From a virus, in IMG/VR virus record IMGVR_UViG_3300025168_015970, positions 1 to 64,000 of that record: 64,000 nt of DNA, one strand, 5' to 3'. Of this stretch, positions 9,302 to 19,847 are shown piece by piece. The notes under the pieces are model-generated. The model did no database searches and was not told where the DNA came from. It saw only the letters and a program-made list of their open reading frames with translations. Within the stretch, counting starts at the first letter, position 1; each line of letters begins with the position of its first letter. Position numbers and translations under genes: made by a program.

Positions 9302-9706
9302 ATGGACGTTGGTGATATTATCAATCAGTACCTCGAAGAAGCTAGCTTAGATACAGATCTAGATAGATTAGAGGTAGTATCTACTCAAGAAAAACTAGTA
9401 AATAATAAACATAAATGGTCTGCAAGGTTAATTAACCATAAAATTAAATTAAACAATTATAAAATCAAAAGATCTTCTATTCTTGAGGATAAAATAACTG
9501 AGTTTCAAAACACAGAACCTGTAAAAGTTAATAGATCAATTGCTGAGAGAGCTGTTCAAAACAAAAAGGAAATTAAAAATTTAGATTATAAAGTAAAAAA
9601 TGAACAACTCATAATTGATTATCTAGAAAATATATATAAAAATATAAGCTTCGCAACTAATGATATTAAAAACTTAGTAGAATTAATGAAGCTAGAAACT
9701 CAATGA
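9302..9706 (+). CDS. uvsY: Recombination mediator UvsY
   Basis: 134 aa helical protein adjacent to uvsW; C-terminus IDYLE..I..DIKNLVELMKLE is like UvsY. Confidence 0.7.
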   Translation: MDVGDIINQYLEEASLDTDLDRLEVVSTQEKLVNNKHKWSARLINHKIKLNNYKIKRSSILEDKITEFQNTEPVKVNRSIAERAVQNKKEIKNLDYKVKNEQLIIDYLENIYKNISFATNDIKNLVELMKLETQ

Positions 9707-11142
9707 TAAAAATAGAGTTTAATTCAATTTCTCATGCTATTATAGATGGTCCTGAACTTAATGTTATAAGGGAGCATTTTAGTGTAAAAAATGAAGCAGT
9801 ACACTTTCAGCGACGATTCGGTAGGTTCGTACCACCTCGTACGTATGTGATTAGTAATCAAGGTAAAGTAGAACTAGGTTTAATAGAAGAAGTAATAAAA
9901 TTTTGTACACAAAAACAAATAGAGTTTGAATTACAAAAAGAAATAAAAGAAATACTTTATCCTTCTCTATCTAAAACTCACACTACACCATATGATTTAA
10001 ATTTAAAACTAAGAGATTATCAACAAGATATAGTAGAGAAATGTATAACCAATGGAAGAGGTACTATAGTATTAGCAACTGCAGGAGGTAAAACTCTTAC
10101 TATGGCTAGTCTTTTAGAGTTTTATTATAAAAATTATAGTAAGAATTTTAGATGTTTAATAATTGTACCGGATCTAGGATTAACAAACCAGACTAAAAAC
10201 GATTTTGAAGAATATAAAACATCCTTTTCTACTTCGAAATGGACCGGGAAAGATAAATTAAATTTATCTACTAATGTTATTGTATCTAATCTAGGTATAC
10301 TACAAAGCTCTAAGCAAGATATATCTTGGATTGAACATATAGATTTATTAATAATAGACGAGGTACACAAACTAAGAAGAGGTAATAAAGTAAACAAAAT
10401 ATTAAAAAAGGTTAAAACCTCTAATCGGTTCGGCTTCACAGGAACCTTACCACCAGATAATTTAGATAAGTGGAATATTTTTGGAAAGATTGGACCACAA
10501 TTATATGAAAAAATGGCTCATGAATTACGGAAAGATAATTATGTAGCTCCTGCTAAAGTTCATGTTTTAGAACTAAACTATAATACTCCTTCGAATGAAA
10601 TATACCACGGTAATAATAGTAATGCATACTACATACAAGAAAATGAATTTATAAGGCATAGCGAGTATAGAAATAACTTAATAGCTAAATTATGTAACAA
10701 ACTCGACAACAATGGTTTAATATTAGTCGATTATATAGAACATGGGGAGCTTTTATTAGAAGCATTACAAGCAACGTGTAAACATAAAGATGTATATTTT
10801 ATACAAGGTAGTGTAGATACGGAGCAACGGAAAGATATTCAAGATTATATGGAGTCTCAAAAAAATGTAGTAGTAATTGCGATTTCGAAAATATTTTCTA
10901 CAGGAATTAATATTAAAAACCTACATTATATTATATTCGGAGGAGGTGGAAAAGCTAAAATAAAAATTGTGCAAAGTATCGGCAGGGGTCTACGCTTGCA
11001 TATTGATAAACAAGAGCTTATAATCTTTGATATTGCTGATAATCTTCGGTATGGTCAACGTCATATAGAGCAAAGGCTCACATTATATGATAATGAAAAA
11101 ATAGAATATACATTTACTAAATTCAATGAAACCAAAAAGTAA
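9703..11142 (+). CDS. uvsW: UvsW SF2 DNA helicase
   Basis: LRDYQ, ATAGGKT, DEVH, GFTGT, STGINI and QSIGRGLR motifs. Confidence 0.92.
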   Translation: MIKIEFNSISHAIIDGPELNVIREHFSVKNEAVHFQRRFGRFVPPRTYVISNQGKVELGLIEEVIKFCTQKQIEFELQKEIKEILYPSLSKTHTTPYDLNLKLRDYQQDIVEKCITNGRGTIVLATAGGKTLTMASLLEFYYKNYSKNFRCLIIVPDLGLTNQTKNDFEEYKTSFSTSKWTGKDKLNLSTNVIVSNLGILQSSKQDISWIEHIDLLIIDEVHKLRRGNKVNKILKKVKTSNRFGFTGTLPPDNLDKWNIFGKIGPQLYEKMAHELRKDNYVAPAKVHVLELNYNTPSNEIYHGNNSNAYYIQENEFIRHSEYRNNLIAKLCNKLDNNGLILVDYIEHGELLLEALQATCKHKDVYFIQGSVDTEQRKDIQDYMESQKNVVVIAISKIFSTGINIKNLHYIIFGGGGKAKIKIVQSIGRGLRLHIDKQELIIFDIADNLRYGQRHIEQRLTLYDNEKIEYTFTKFNETKK

Positions 11143-11572
11143 AAAGAAAAAGAAAAATAAAAAAACTTATTATGTTAGTCCTAAGGAGTTTTTACAACTT
11201 TTAAGAGACTACTATGAATCAGATAATTTAGTAGACGAACTAGCTGAATCAACCTATAAGATAGCAGTCGGTTTAAGTTACTCTCCAAACTTTATAAACT
11301 ATAGCTATAAAGATGAAATGATTGGAGACGCAATAGTTAAAATGATTGCAGCAGTAAAAAACAAAAAATTTAATTTAGAATCCACCTCTAACCCTTTCTC
11401 ATATTTTACAACTATTGCTTATCATGCATTTATTAATAGAATTAAAAAAGAAAAGAAATACAGAGAGACTATTACTGCATATCAAGAACAACTATATAGT
11501 GATTTAGATATAAATGAACCAACACAAAATACTGCCCCTGCTAAAGATTACGATAAAGAATTATATACGTAA
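11126..11572 (+). CDS. gp55: Late-transcription sigma factor gp55
   Basis: YYVS..PNFINYSYKDEMIGDA..NPFSYFTTIAYHAFINRIKKEKK; position before gp47. Confidence 0.92.
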   Translation: MKPKSKKKKKNKKTYYVSPKEFLQLLRDYYESDNLVDELAESTYKIAVGLSYSPNFINYSYKDEMIGDAIVKMIAAVKNKKFNLESTSNPFSYFTTIAYHAFINRIKKEKKYRETITAYQEQLYSDLDINEPTQNTAPAKDYDKELYT

Positions 11573-12621
11573 TGTCAAAAGAATCTGACAATAAGGTTGG
11601 TTTTTTCACCGATCTACATATAGGGATGCATCAAAACAGTGAGAAGTGGCATGATGTTACCTATAAATGGGCACAATGGTTTACTAAAGAGCTCAAAAGT
11701 AAAGATATTAAAAAAATAATATTTGGAGGAGATTTATTTCACTATAGAGATGAGATAAATGTTAAAACATTATATTTTACAAACTCTTTATTAGATCTAT
11801 TTAATGATTTTGAAATATTAATGATACCAGGTAATCATGACGCTTACTATAAAGATAATTCAACTGTACATTCTTTATCTATTTTAAATAATAGACATAA
11901 TATAACTATTTTCGATAAGCCTCATGTAGAAGAGATATGTGGCAGGCAGGTTGGTTTCTGTCCATGGGGCACTTCATTAGAGGATATTCCTGAAAATTGT
12001 GATTTGATAGTTGGTCATTTTGAATTACAAAATTTTAATTTTAATTCTTTTAAAGTATGTGAGTGGGGAATATCTTCAACTGATATTCTTACTAAATGTA
12101 AACTTATATTTTCTGGTCATTTTCATAAAAAACAGCGAAGACTATATGATAACGGAGAAATAGTATATGCGGGTAATCCGTTTGAGATGGATTTTAATGA
12201 CATTAATGACAAAAAAGGATATTATATATTAGATTTTGCAAAAGATAAAATAGAATATGATTTTATTGAAAATCCTATTTCTCCTATACATGTTAAAGTA
12301 TGTTTGACAAATCTAGAAGACCTTAAAGGGATTGCAAAGAAATTAGGGTGGTCCAAGCTAGCAGTAAAGATTGTTATTGATAAGGATATAAAATCTAATT
12401 TATTAGATAAAATTATTGCATCAATAAATTTTGAAGCTCCATTTTCTTTAACTACAGATTACTTACACAAATTTAGTATAGGAGATAATATAAACATACC
12501 TAACGAATTTGGAGACTTGAATATAAAACAATGTATTATAGAATATATTGATTCTCTTGATATAGAGGATAAACCAACAATTATTAACAAAACCTTACAA
12601 CTATATAATAATTTTTCATGA
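11572..12621 (+). CDS. gp47: Mre11/SbcD-like recombination nuclease gp47
   Basis: DLHIG, GDLF, GNHD and SGHFH metallophosphoesterase motifs. Confidence 0.92.
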   Translation: MSKESDNKVGFFTDLHIGMHQNSEKWHDVTYKWAQWFTKELKSKDIKKIIFGGDLFHYRDEINVKTLYFTNSLLDLFNDFEILMIPGNHDAYYKDNSTVHSLSILNNRHNITIFDKPHVEEICGRQVGFCPWGTSLEDIPENCDLIVGHFELQNFNFNSFKVCEWGISSTDILTKCKLIFSGHFHKKQRRLYDNGEIVYAGNPFEMDFNDINDKKGYYILDFAKDKIEYDFIENPISPIHVKVCLTNLEDLKGIAKKLGWSKLAVKIVIDKDIKSNLLDKIIASINFEAPFSLTTDYLHKFSIGDNINIPNEFGDLNIKQCIIEYIDSLDIEDKPTIINKTLQLYNNFS

Positions 12622-14444
12622 AGTATGTAGAGTTTAGCTCAGTAAAGATACGTAATTTTCTCTCTATAGGTACAGAGCCAGTAGAGATTAATTTCCGCGA
12701 AGGTTTAAACATAATTACCGGAGTTAATAAAGATAAAGAAGATAGGAGAAATGGAGTAGGTAAATCAACAATTGCTGACGCAATACATTTTGCAATTTTT
12801 GGAGAAACTATTCGAGAATTATCTAAAGATTTTATAGTTAATTCTATTAATAAAAAAAATACATATGTAGAATTAACCTTTTGTGTTAATGAAAATAATA
12901 AAGTAGATCGTTACAGAATAGTTCGTAAGTTAAAACCTACAAAGTGTTATCTTTATGTAGATGATGTTGACCTTACTGAAAGTACTATACCTAATACAAA
13001 TAAGAAAATAAAAAAAATACTCAATAGTTCTCCTGAGGTATTTCAGAACTGCGTTATTATGTCTCTTAATACAACTTTACCTTTTATGGCTCAGCGTAAA
13101 GTTGAAAAGAGAAAATTTATTGAAGGAATTTTAAATTTAGAAATATTTTCTGATATGTTACTATCTGCTCGATCAGAGTTTAATGAAGTACAGAAAAAAT
13201 ATGAACATATTACAAAAGATTATGATCATGCAAATAATATATGTAAGTTGTTAAATGAACAAAAAGATAATATTATTAGTAATGTTAAAGAGCAAAAAAA
13301 TAAAATTTTAACTAGGGTTGAAGTTATTAAGATAGATGTAGAAGAAAATAAATCTAAAATCAAAAATATTAATAAAATATTATTTGAGAAAAGTAAAGAA
13401 AAATTTAAAGAAATAAATGAAAAGATTACTAATATTTCTACACAAATGTCTAGTGTAAAAACTAAAATTACAAGACATGAGACTGAAATAGACTTTCATA
13501 CAAAAAAATTAAACAACATTGGTACAGGAGAAGATGTATGCCCTACATGCTTACATCAAATCACTAGTAATGATAGAGATCATATTGAGAATGAAAAGAA
13601 AGACATAAACAAAGATATAGAAAACTGTAAAGATGATATTGAAAGTTTAAATAAACAAATTGTTACTATAAAAGAACTAAAACAAAATAATTTAAATGCT
13701 CAAAATCAAATTAAAGAATATATTTCTAACATTAAGACTGTAAACAATAATAATAAACTTACAAAATCATATATTCAAAATTTAAATACAGATCTAGATA
13801 AAAACAATAAAGATCTCGAAGATTTAGAGAAGCGAGAGACTAGTGTAGAGATACAAGAATTAAATAATAAAATAAAACTCAATCTTGCAGAGGTAACTGA
13901 TTTAGAGAATACCTCGAACTCTATTCACAAGGATTTATCTATACTAGAAGTAGTAAAGTATATTTTATCAGAAGAAGGAGTTAAGTCTTTTATAGTAAAG
14001 AAGGTACTAGATGTTTTAAATAAAAGACTATTATTTTATTTACAGAAAATGGACGCAAATTGTATTTGTAGATTTAATGAATATTTTGAAGAAGAGATAG
14101 TTAATGAAAAAGGAGAAGAGTGTTCTTATTTTAATTTCTCAGGAGCAGAAAGAAAAAATATTGATTTAGCGATATTATTTACATTTATGGACATGAGAAG
14201 ACTACAAGGAGACATAGCGTACAATTTAGTTATGTTTGATGAGCTTCTCGATAGTTCGTTAGATGAAAAGGGAGTTGAATTAGTACTTAATATAATAAAA
14301 GAACGAGTAGATACTTATAATGAAAGTATCTATATTATTTCTCATAGAAAGGAATCTGTCAAAGCAGCAACTGGAGATGTAGTTGTTTTAGAAAAGAGAA
14401 ATGGTATAACAACAAGAGTGGACTTACTCGACAAAACAGAATAA
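12618..14444 (+). CDS. gp46: Rad50/SbcC-like ATPase gp46
   Basis: NFLSIG, NGVGKST, CPTC zinc hook, FSGAE and FDELLD motifs. Confidence 0.94.
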   Translation: MKYVEFSSVKIRNFLSIGTEPVEINFREGLNIITGVNKDKEDRRNGVGKSTIADAIHFAIFGETIRELSKDFIVNSINKKNTYVELTFCVNENNKVDRYRIVRKLKPTKCYLYVDDVDLTESTIPNTNKKIKKILNSSPEVFQNCVIMSLNTTLPFMAQRKVEKRKFIEGILNLEIFSDMLLSARSEFNEVQKKYEHITKDYDHANNICKLLNEQKDNIISNVKEQKNKILTRVEVIKIDVEENKSKIKNINKILFEKSKEKFKEINEKITNISTQMSSVKTKITRHETEIDFHTKKLNNIGTGEDVCPTCLHQITSNDRDHIENEKKDINKDIENCKDDIESLNKQIVTIKELKQNNLNAQNQIKEYISNIKTVNNNNKLTKSYIQNLNTDLDKNNKDLEDLEKRETSVEIQELNNKIKLNLAEVTDLENTSNSIHKDLSILEVVKYILSEEGVKSFIVKKVLDVLNKRLLFYLQKMDANCICRFNEYFEEEIVNEKGEECSYFNFSGAERKNIDLAILFTFMDMRRLQGDIAYNLVMFDELLDSSLDEKGVELVLNIIKERVDTYNESIYIISHRKESVKAATGDVVVLEKRNGITTRVDLLDKTE

Positions 14445-14453
14445 ATCTATATA

Positions 14454-15686
14454 GTGCTCACACCATTTCAACCCCCAGGTAGTCAGTTACCATTTAGCCA
14501 ACAAAACCCTCTTATGAGCGGTTTAAAAACAGTGATTACAGGTCCACCTAAAGTAACTTCTAAAATGGCTACTCATTCTGCTCCTGATTTAGCACGAGGT
14601 ATTAATTTTTATGCCGATTATTCTGGGTGTGGTCATTGGAGAATGATATGGCCGGAAAACTTACTCAATTGTTACGGTAAAGCTAATGTACAAGGCGGTA
14701 CAGTAATGATTGGGGATAAAAATTTCTATAAAGGTATTAAGACTATACGTATACAAAGACAAGCTACAGACAGTCAATTATCATATATTAAATGGTTAAA
14801 ACAAGTACAACCTGAGTGTGGCTTTAAGATAGTATATGAAATAGATGATTTAATTTTTAATGAAGATATACCTCATTATAATAAATTTAGATTTGCTTTT
14901 GAAGATCCAAGTATAAGAAAGACTAGTATGAATATTATGCAAATTTGTGACGAAATTACTGTTACAAATAAATTCATGAAAGAATACTATATGGAAAAAA
15001 CTGGTAATAAAAATATTACAGTTATTCCAAATTTTATACCAAAATTCTGGATGGATAGATATTATAACTTAGAGAAAATAAGAGATAATTATCAAAAATT
15101 TAAAGGTAAACCTCGGGTAGTATATTGTGGTAGTGGAGCTCATTTTGATGTAGAAAATAAAATCGGACAAAAAGATGATTTTTTTCATGTAAATGATATT
15201 ATAAGACAAACTGTAGATGAATTTCAATGGGTATTTGTAGGTGGTTTTCCGCTTACTTTAAGAGATTTGATACACCAAAAGAAGGTTGAATACCATGAAT
15301 GGTCTAACTTAGTAGAATATCCAGAATACATAAGCAAGTTGAAAGCAACTGTATTTTATGCGCCGCTAGAGGATAGTAATTTTAATAAAGCAAAGAGTGA
15401 TTTAAAATTTATTGAAGCGTGTGCATTTGGTATACCTTCTGTTTGTCAAGACTTATGTACCTATGAAACAGCTTTCCATAAGTTTAAAACTGGTGATGAT
15501 TTAGTTAATAAAATTAGACTTATAACTGGAGATTCTAAAAAATATCTAAAAGAAGTAAAAAGAGCTAGAGCTTATATTGAAAAGCGATGGATGGAGACAA
15601 ATATCGATTATTATACAGAGTTATATTCTTTACCGTATGGTCATAAGAACCGCAAACTACTCAATCTCGAAAACGGAATCACTTGA
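14454..15686 (+). CDS. GT-B glycosyltransferase-like protein between gp46 and the DNA polymerase
   Basis: SGCGHWRM, YEIDDL, VIPNF and APLEDSNFNKAKSDLKFIEACAFGIP (GT4-like C-terminal motif); GTG start. Confidence 0.7.
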   Translation: MLTPFQPPGSQLPFSQQNPLMSGLKTVITGPPKVTSKMATHSAPDLARGINFYADYSGCGHWRMIWPENLLNCYGKANVQGGTVMIGDKNFYKGIKTIRIQRQATDSQLSYIKWLKQVQPECGFKIVYEIDDLIFNEDIPHYNKFRFAFEDPSIRKTSMNIMQICDEITVTNKFMKEYYMEKTGNKNITVIPNFIPKFWMDRYYNLEKIRDNYQKFKGKPRVVYCGSGAHFDVENKIGQKDDFFHVNDIIRQTVDEFQWVFVGGFPLTLRDLIHQKKVEYHEWSNLVEYPEYISKLKATVFYAPLEDSNFNKAKSDLKFIEACAFGIPSVCQDLCTYETAFHKFKTGDDLVNKIRLITGDSKKYLKEVKRARAYIEKRWMETNIDYYTELYSLPYGHKNRKLLNLENGIT

Positions 15687-15711
15687 TTTATTTTGAATAA
15701 TCCTGTATACT
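15683..15711 (+). promoter_or_regulatory. sigma70-like promoter for the DNA polymerase
   Basis: TTGATT-17-TATACT, 7 nt upstream of GTG 15719. Confidence 0.6.
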
Positions 15712-15718
15712 CGTTGGA

Positions 15719-18376
15719 GTGTATAGAAACTTAGCATACATACCCAATCAGCGAGTCATGAGACTCTACACATGGGATGAAAATGGGGAGAGAATAGAAA
15801 CAGATTGCCCATATCAACCTTATTTTTATTATGAAACAAATTCAAATAGATATGATGGGGTGTCTTTATACGGTACTAAATTAAGAAAAGTCTTTGCTAA
15901 TAGTAATCTTGACCGCCGTAAAAAAATTGAAGATTTAAATGATCATAAAATTTATGAGAACATTACACCCTATCAACAGTTTTTAGTAGATAGGTTCTGG
16001 GAAGTAAATGAATCTAATGATTTTAGTAAATTTCCATTAAAGATATGGTTCTTTGATATTGAGACATATTCCCCCGACGAATTTCCAAAACCAGAGGAAG
16101 CTAGTCATATGATAAATGTAATCACTATATATGATACAGTAAAGGAAACGTATTATACATGGGGAATTAATCCATATACCCCTAAAACAGATGATGTTGT
16201 TTACGTACATTGTAAGAGTGAAGTTGAGCTGTTACAGAAATTTTTAGACTTTTATTGCAATGATCGCCCTGATATACTATCTGGGTGGAATAGTGAGATA
16301 TTTGATGTCCCGTATGTAATAAACCGGGTCAGAAATCTCTTAGGAGAAGATGCTACAAGACTGTTTTCTCCAGTCCATGACGAAATTATGAAGCCAATAT
16401 ACCAACGAGTGTATCGTGGTAATTTTGGTATGACAACTACGAAATATGTAGTAGAAGGGGTGTCTATGCTTGATTATCTCGATGTGTATAAAACCTTCAG
16501 CATGGGCATGAGAGACAGCTATAAGTTAGATAACATAGCTCATATAGAACTAGGAGAGAACAAGGTAGATATAGGAGAAACTAACCTTGCTACACTGTCT
16601 ATAGAGGATTGGGACAAGTTTGTTGATTACAATATACATGATGTTAGATTGCTAGTACGACTGGAAGCTAAGCTTATGTACATGGATCTTGCTCGTATGT
16701 TGTCTTATATTGGACTAACCCCGTTTAATGCGGCTTTAGGTACAATCAGCACTGTAAACGGTCGAGCAATCGTTGAAGCGCGAAAGCTAGATACCCCTAG
16801 AGTTATACCAACTTTTGTGAAAGGAGATGACCGCACCGGGAAATTTGAAGGGGCTTATGTTGGTGAACCGAAACGAGGGTTTCAGGAAAATGTTATATCT
16901 TTTGACGCTAACTCCCTGTACCCTAGTGTAATGGTAACTCTTAACTTGAGCCCAGAAACTAAAGTAGGTAGCATTGTCGGTACTGATAATGGTAAGGTGT
17001 TTGTAAAGACAGTCAATAACAAGGATATTGAAATGTCTTATGAAGACTTCAACAAATGGTGTGCAAAAAATGAGATTGCAGTCACTAGAGCAAAAAAACT
17101 TTTCTCTCAAAAAACCAAAGGTATCTTCCCTAGAATTACAGATCACTTCTATGATATACGAAAAGTAAAAAAACAAGAATGGAACGAAGCTAGGGAGGCT
17201 TTACATCAATTATCATTGAAATTAGAAAAAGAAACTGACAGTAAAGAGCGTATCAAAATAGAGCAAGATATGAAAGATATGCAATTCAAAATTGATCAGC
17301 TTTGGATTTGGCAGTTTACTTTAAAGATTCTTATTAACAGAATTTACGGCTATTTTGGCAATAAAATATCTCAAATGGGGGATGGAGACATCGCAAGATC
17401 AATTACGTTAACTGGTAGAGACGTAATTAAACAAAGTAATATAATTCTAAGAAACTATATTAAAAAGATTACCGGGATGTCTGATAAAGAATTGGATGGT
17501 AATGATCCAATCATATATAATGACACAGATAGCTCTTATTGTACTATAACCCCTATACTAAAACATCTAGGTATACCCTTACATGATAACAATAAAATAG
17601 ATGACCGAGTATATAAATTAGTACAAGATATTGAAGACGATTTAAACGTTCATATTGATAAATGGGCAAGAGATACCCTATTAACTAAGGATCCTAGGTT
17701 TGTTTTTAAGAGGGAGTCAATTTGTGACAAAGGTATATTTCTACAAAAGAAACGTTACGTGTTACATAAACTTGACGATGAAGGAGTAGTTTGCAATAAA
17801 TTTAAATACACCGGGGTAGAGGTAGTTAGAACCACTATGCCTAATGCAATCAAGCCATATGTTAAGAAAATTATTGAACATATGATTATGACTGAAAATC
17901 AAAATACTACTAACGAACTGTTTGAAGAGACGTATGAAATTTTTAAGTCCTTACCAATTAAAGATATTGCATTTGTGATGGGAGTTAAAGAATATGAGAA
18001 ATATAGCATATATACTAAAGATTGGCAGGTCAAAAAAGGAACACCGATTCACGTTAAGTCCTCTATATATTACAATAAACTTTTAGAGCATTATGGTATT
18101 GACAAGAAATATGAAAGTATTAGTTCAGGTGATAAAATCCGGTATTTTTATACTGTGACCCCTAATAAGTTTGGTTTAAATAGCTTAGGTTTTAAGTATG
18201 ACTTACCTCAAGAATTCGAACAAGACTTTAAAATAGACTACGAAAAAATGTTCGACAAGATTGTTTATAGCGTTATTGATAGGTTCTATGATAACGTGAA
18301 TTGGAAGTCCTTTAAACCTGGTCAAGCAGTAAATGTAGATTTATTTGATTTCTTTAAAGTAGATGTTGCAAATTAA
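15719..18376 (+). CDS. gp43: Family B DNA polymerase gp43
   Basis: FDIETY, GWNSEIFD, YNIHD exonuclease motifs; SFDANSLYPS, KILINRIYG, YNDTDS and KKRY polymerase motifs. Confidence 0.97.
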   Translation: MYRNLAYIPNQRVMRLYTWDENGERIETDCPYQPYFYYETNSNRYDGVSLYGTKLRKVFANSNLDRRKKIEDLNDHKIYENITPYQQFLVDRFWEVNESNDFSKFPLKIWFFDIETYSPDEFPKPEEASHMINVITIYDTVKETYYTWGINPYTPKTDDVVYVHCKSEVELLQKFLDFYCNDRPDILSGWNSEIFDVPYVINRVRNLLGEDATRLFSPVHDEIMKPIYQRVYRGNFGMTTTKYVVEGVSMLDYLDVYKTFSMGMRDSYKLDNIAHIELGENKVDIGETNLATLSIEDWDKFVDYNIHDVRLLVRLEAKLMYMDLARMLSYIGLTPFNAALGTISTVNGRAIVEARKLDTPRVIPTFVKGDDRTGKFEGAYVGEPKRGFQENVISFDANSLYPSVMVTLNLSPETKVGSIVGTDNGKVFVKTVNNKDIEMSYEDFNKWCAKNEIAVTRAKKLFSQKTKGIFPRITDHFYDIRKVKKQEWNEAREALHQLSLKLEKETDSKERIKIEQDMKDMQFKIDQLWIWQFTLKILINRIYGYFGNKISQMGDGDIARSITLTGRDVIKQSNIILRNYIKKITGMSDKELDGNDPIIYNDTDSSYCTITPILKHLGIPLHDNNKIDDRVYKLVQDIEDDLNVHIDKWARDTLLTKDPRFVFKRESICDKGIFLQKKRYVLHKLDDEGVVCNKFKYTGVEVVRTTMPNAIKPYVKKIIEHMIMTENQNTTNELFEETYEIFKSLPIKDIAFVMGVKEYEKYSIYTKDWQVKKGTPIHVKSSIYYNKLLEHYGIDKKYESISSGDKIRYFYTVTPNKFGLNSLGFKYDLPQEFEQDFKIDYEKMFDKIVYSVIDRFYDNVNWKSFKPGQAVNVDLFDFFKVDVAN

Positions 18377-18393
18377 TTTCAATCATCTATAAT
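18366..18393 (+). promoter_or_regulatory. sigma70-like promoter for the hyp-uvsX-queC-gat-GT-gp41 operon
   Basis: TTGCAA-16-TATAAT, 6 nt upstream of ATG 18400. Confidence 0.6.
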
Positions 18394-18399
18394 ACTTGC

Positions 18400-18756
18400 A
18401 TGGACATTATCACATACATTGATAGTATAGGTAGGACATGTTTCGGAGAACTAGAGTCTCGTACGAAGAACTCTATTAAAGTTAAATCACCCGCTATGAT
18501 TATGGTGACTCCTAACGACGCTGCGAACATGAAGGTAGACGTTATGCCTCTATTTTTTACAGAATTCTCTAACGGAAAACCACCGGTTTTTATTTATAAA
18601 GACCCTCAATTCGTAGAGGTAGAAATTGAGATTTCTGAGAAAATCTTACAGCATTATTATGCAAAGATAAACACTACAGAGGAACCAAACCCTGCAGGGG
18701 TAACTGAAGCCCTTGAGGAAGAAGTACCTGAAGTAACATTATTCGAAGAGAAATAA
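18400..18756 (+). CDS. Hypothetical protein (beta-rich, acidic tail)
   Basis: ORF with its own promoter, coupled to uvsX. Confidence 0.65.
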   Translation: MDIITYIDSIGRTCFGELESRTKNSIKVKSPAMIMVTPNDAANMKVDVMPLFFTEFSNGKPPVFIYKDPQFVEVEIEISEKILQHYYAKINTTEEPNPAGVTEALEEEVPEVTLFEEK

Positions 18757-18758
18757 TT

Positions 18759-19847
18759 ATGTCATCTCTCGCTGATAAAGCTTTTGCTAAATTACAAAAG
18801 TTAAATTCAAACGCTACTACTCTCGAAAATAATACACTTAGTAACGTAACTGAGTGGATTGATACAGGTTGTTTAGTATTAAACTCTATAGTATCAGGTT
18901 CTATATATGGAGGGGTACCTAAAGGTAGAATTACCATTTTTGCTGGAGATTCCGGTTGTGGTAAAACGTTTATTTTAAATAAAATTTTAGCAAACGCTCA
19001 GCGAATGGGTATGATACCTATTATTTTTGACACTGAAATAGCTGTTGAAAATGAAGGAGCAGAAAACGTCGGCTTAGATACATCTAACGTAAAATATGTA
19101 CCGGTCGATACTGTAGAAAATTGTCGTAATCAGATTATGACATTTTTAGATGAAGTAGAAAAAGAACCAGAACTACATGGTAAATTTATTATTTCAATAG
19201 ACTCTTTAGGCAATTTAGCATCAGAAAAAGAAATAAATGATGCTCATGCTAATAAGGGCGCCATGGATATGGGTTTAAGAGCTAAGCAGCTGAAGTCCAT
19301 GATGCGTATCATTACTTTTAAAGCAGCCGTGACTGGTACAACAGTTATATGCAGTAATCATACTTATGCGAATCCCGCAGCATTACATCCTACCTTAGTT
19401 AAGTCTCAAGCTGGTGGCTCGGGGCCTATATACATGGCGTCTATATTAGTTCAAATGGCAGCTAAGAAAGAAAAAACTGATGCATCTAACGATGAGGATG
19501 AAGCTTTAACTGAAAGCAGAAATTACTCAGGAGTTACTCTCCGTATGCTTACAGTAAAAAATAGATTCATTCCAGCATTCTTACAAGGGGAAGCTTATTT
19601 AAATTTTAAAACTGGTCTAGATAAATATTCTGGTTTAAAAGATATTGCAGTTGCTCATGGGATTGTTCAACAAAATGGTTCTACCTATAGCATGGGAGAT
19701 AAAAAATTAGGTTATTATAAGAATTGGCGCAATGACGAAGAGACGTGGAAAAATATCTTACCTAAGTTAGAATCTTCTATAAGTGAAAAGTACCGATACG
19801 GTAAGTCCTTAGATAAATCTGCTATATTAGAACAAGATGAAGAGTAA
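18759..19847 (+). CDS. uvsX: RecA-like recombinase UvsX
   Basis: IDTG..LN..SG..GGVP.GRI, GDSGCGKT, FDTE, IDSLGNL and NHTY motifs. Confidence 0.93.
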   Translation: MSSLADKAFAKLQKLNSNATTLENNTLSNVTEWIDTGCLVLNSIVSGSIYGGVPKGRITIFAGDSGCGKTFILNKILANAQRMGMIPIIFDTEIAVENEGAENVGLDTSNVKYVPVDTVENCRNQIMTFLDEVEKEPELHGKFIISIDSLGNLASEKEINDAHANKGAMDMGLRAKQLKSMMRIITFKAAVTGTTVICSNHTYANPAALHPTLVKSQAGGSGPIYMASILVQMAAKKEKTDASNDEDEALTESRNYSGVTLRMLTVKNRFIPAFLQGEAYLNFKTGLDKYSGLKDIAVAHGIVQQNGSTYSMGDKKLGYYKNWRNDEETWKNILPKLESSISEKYRYGKSLDKSAILEQDEE

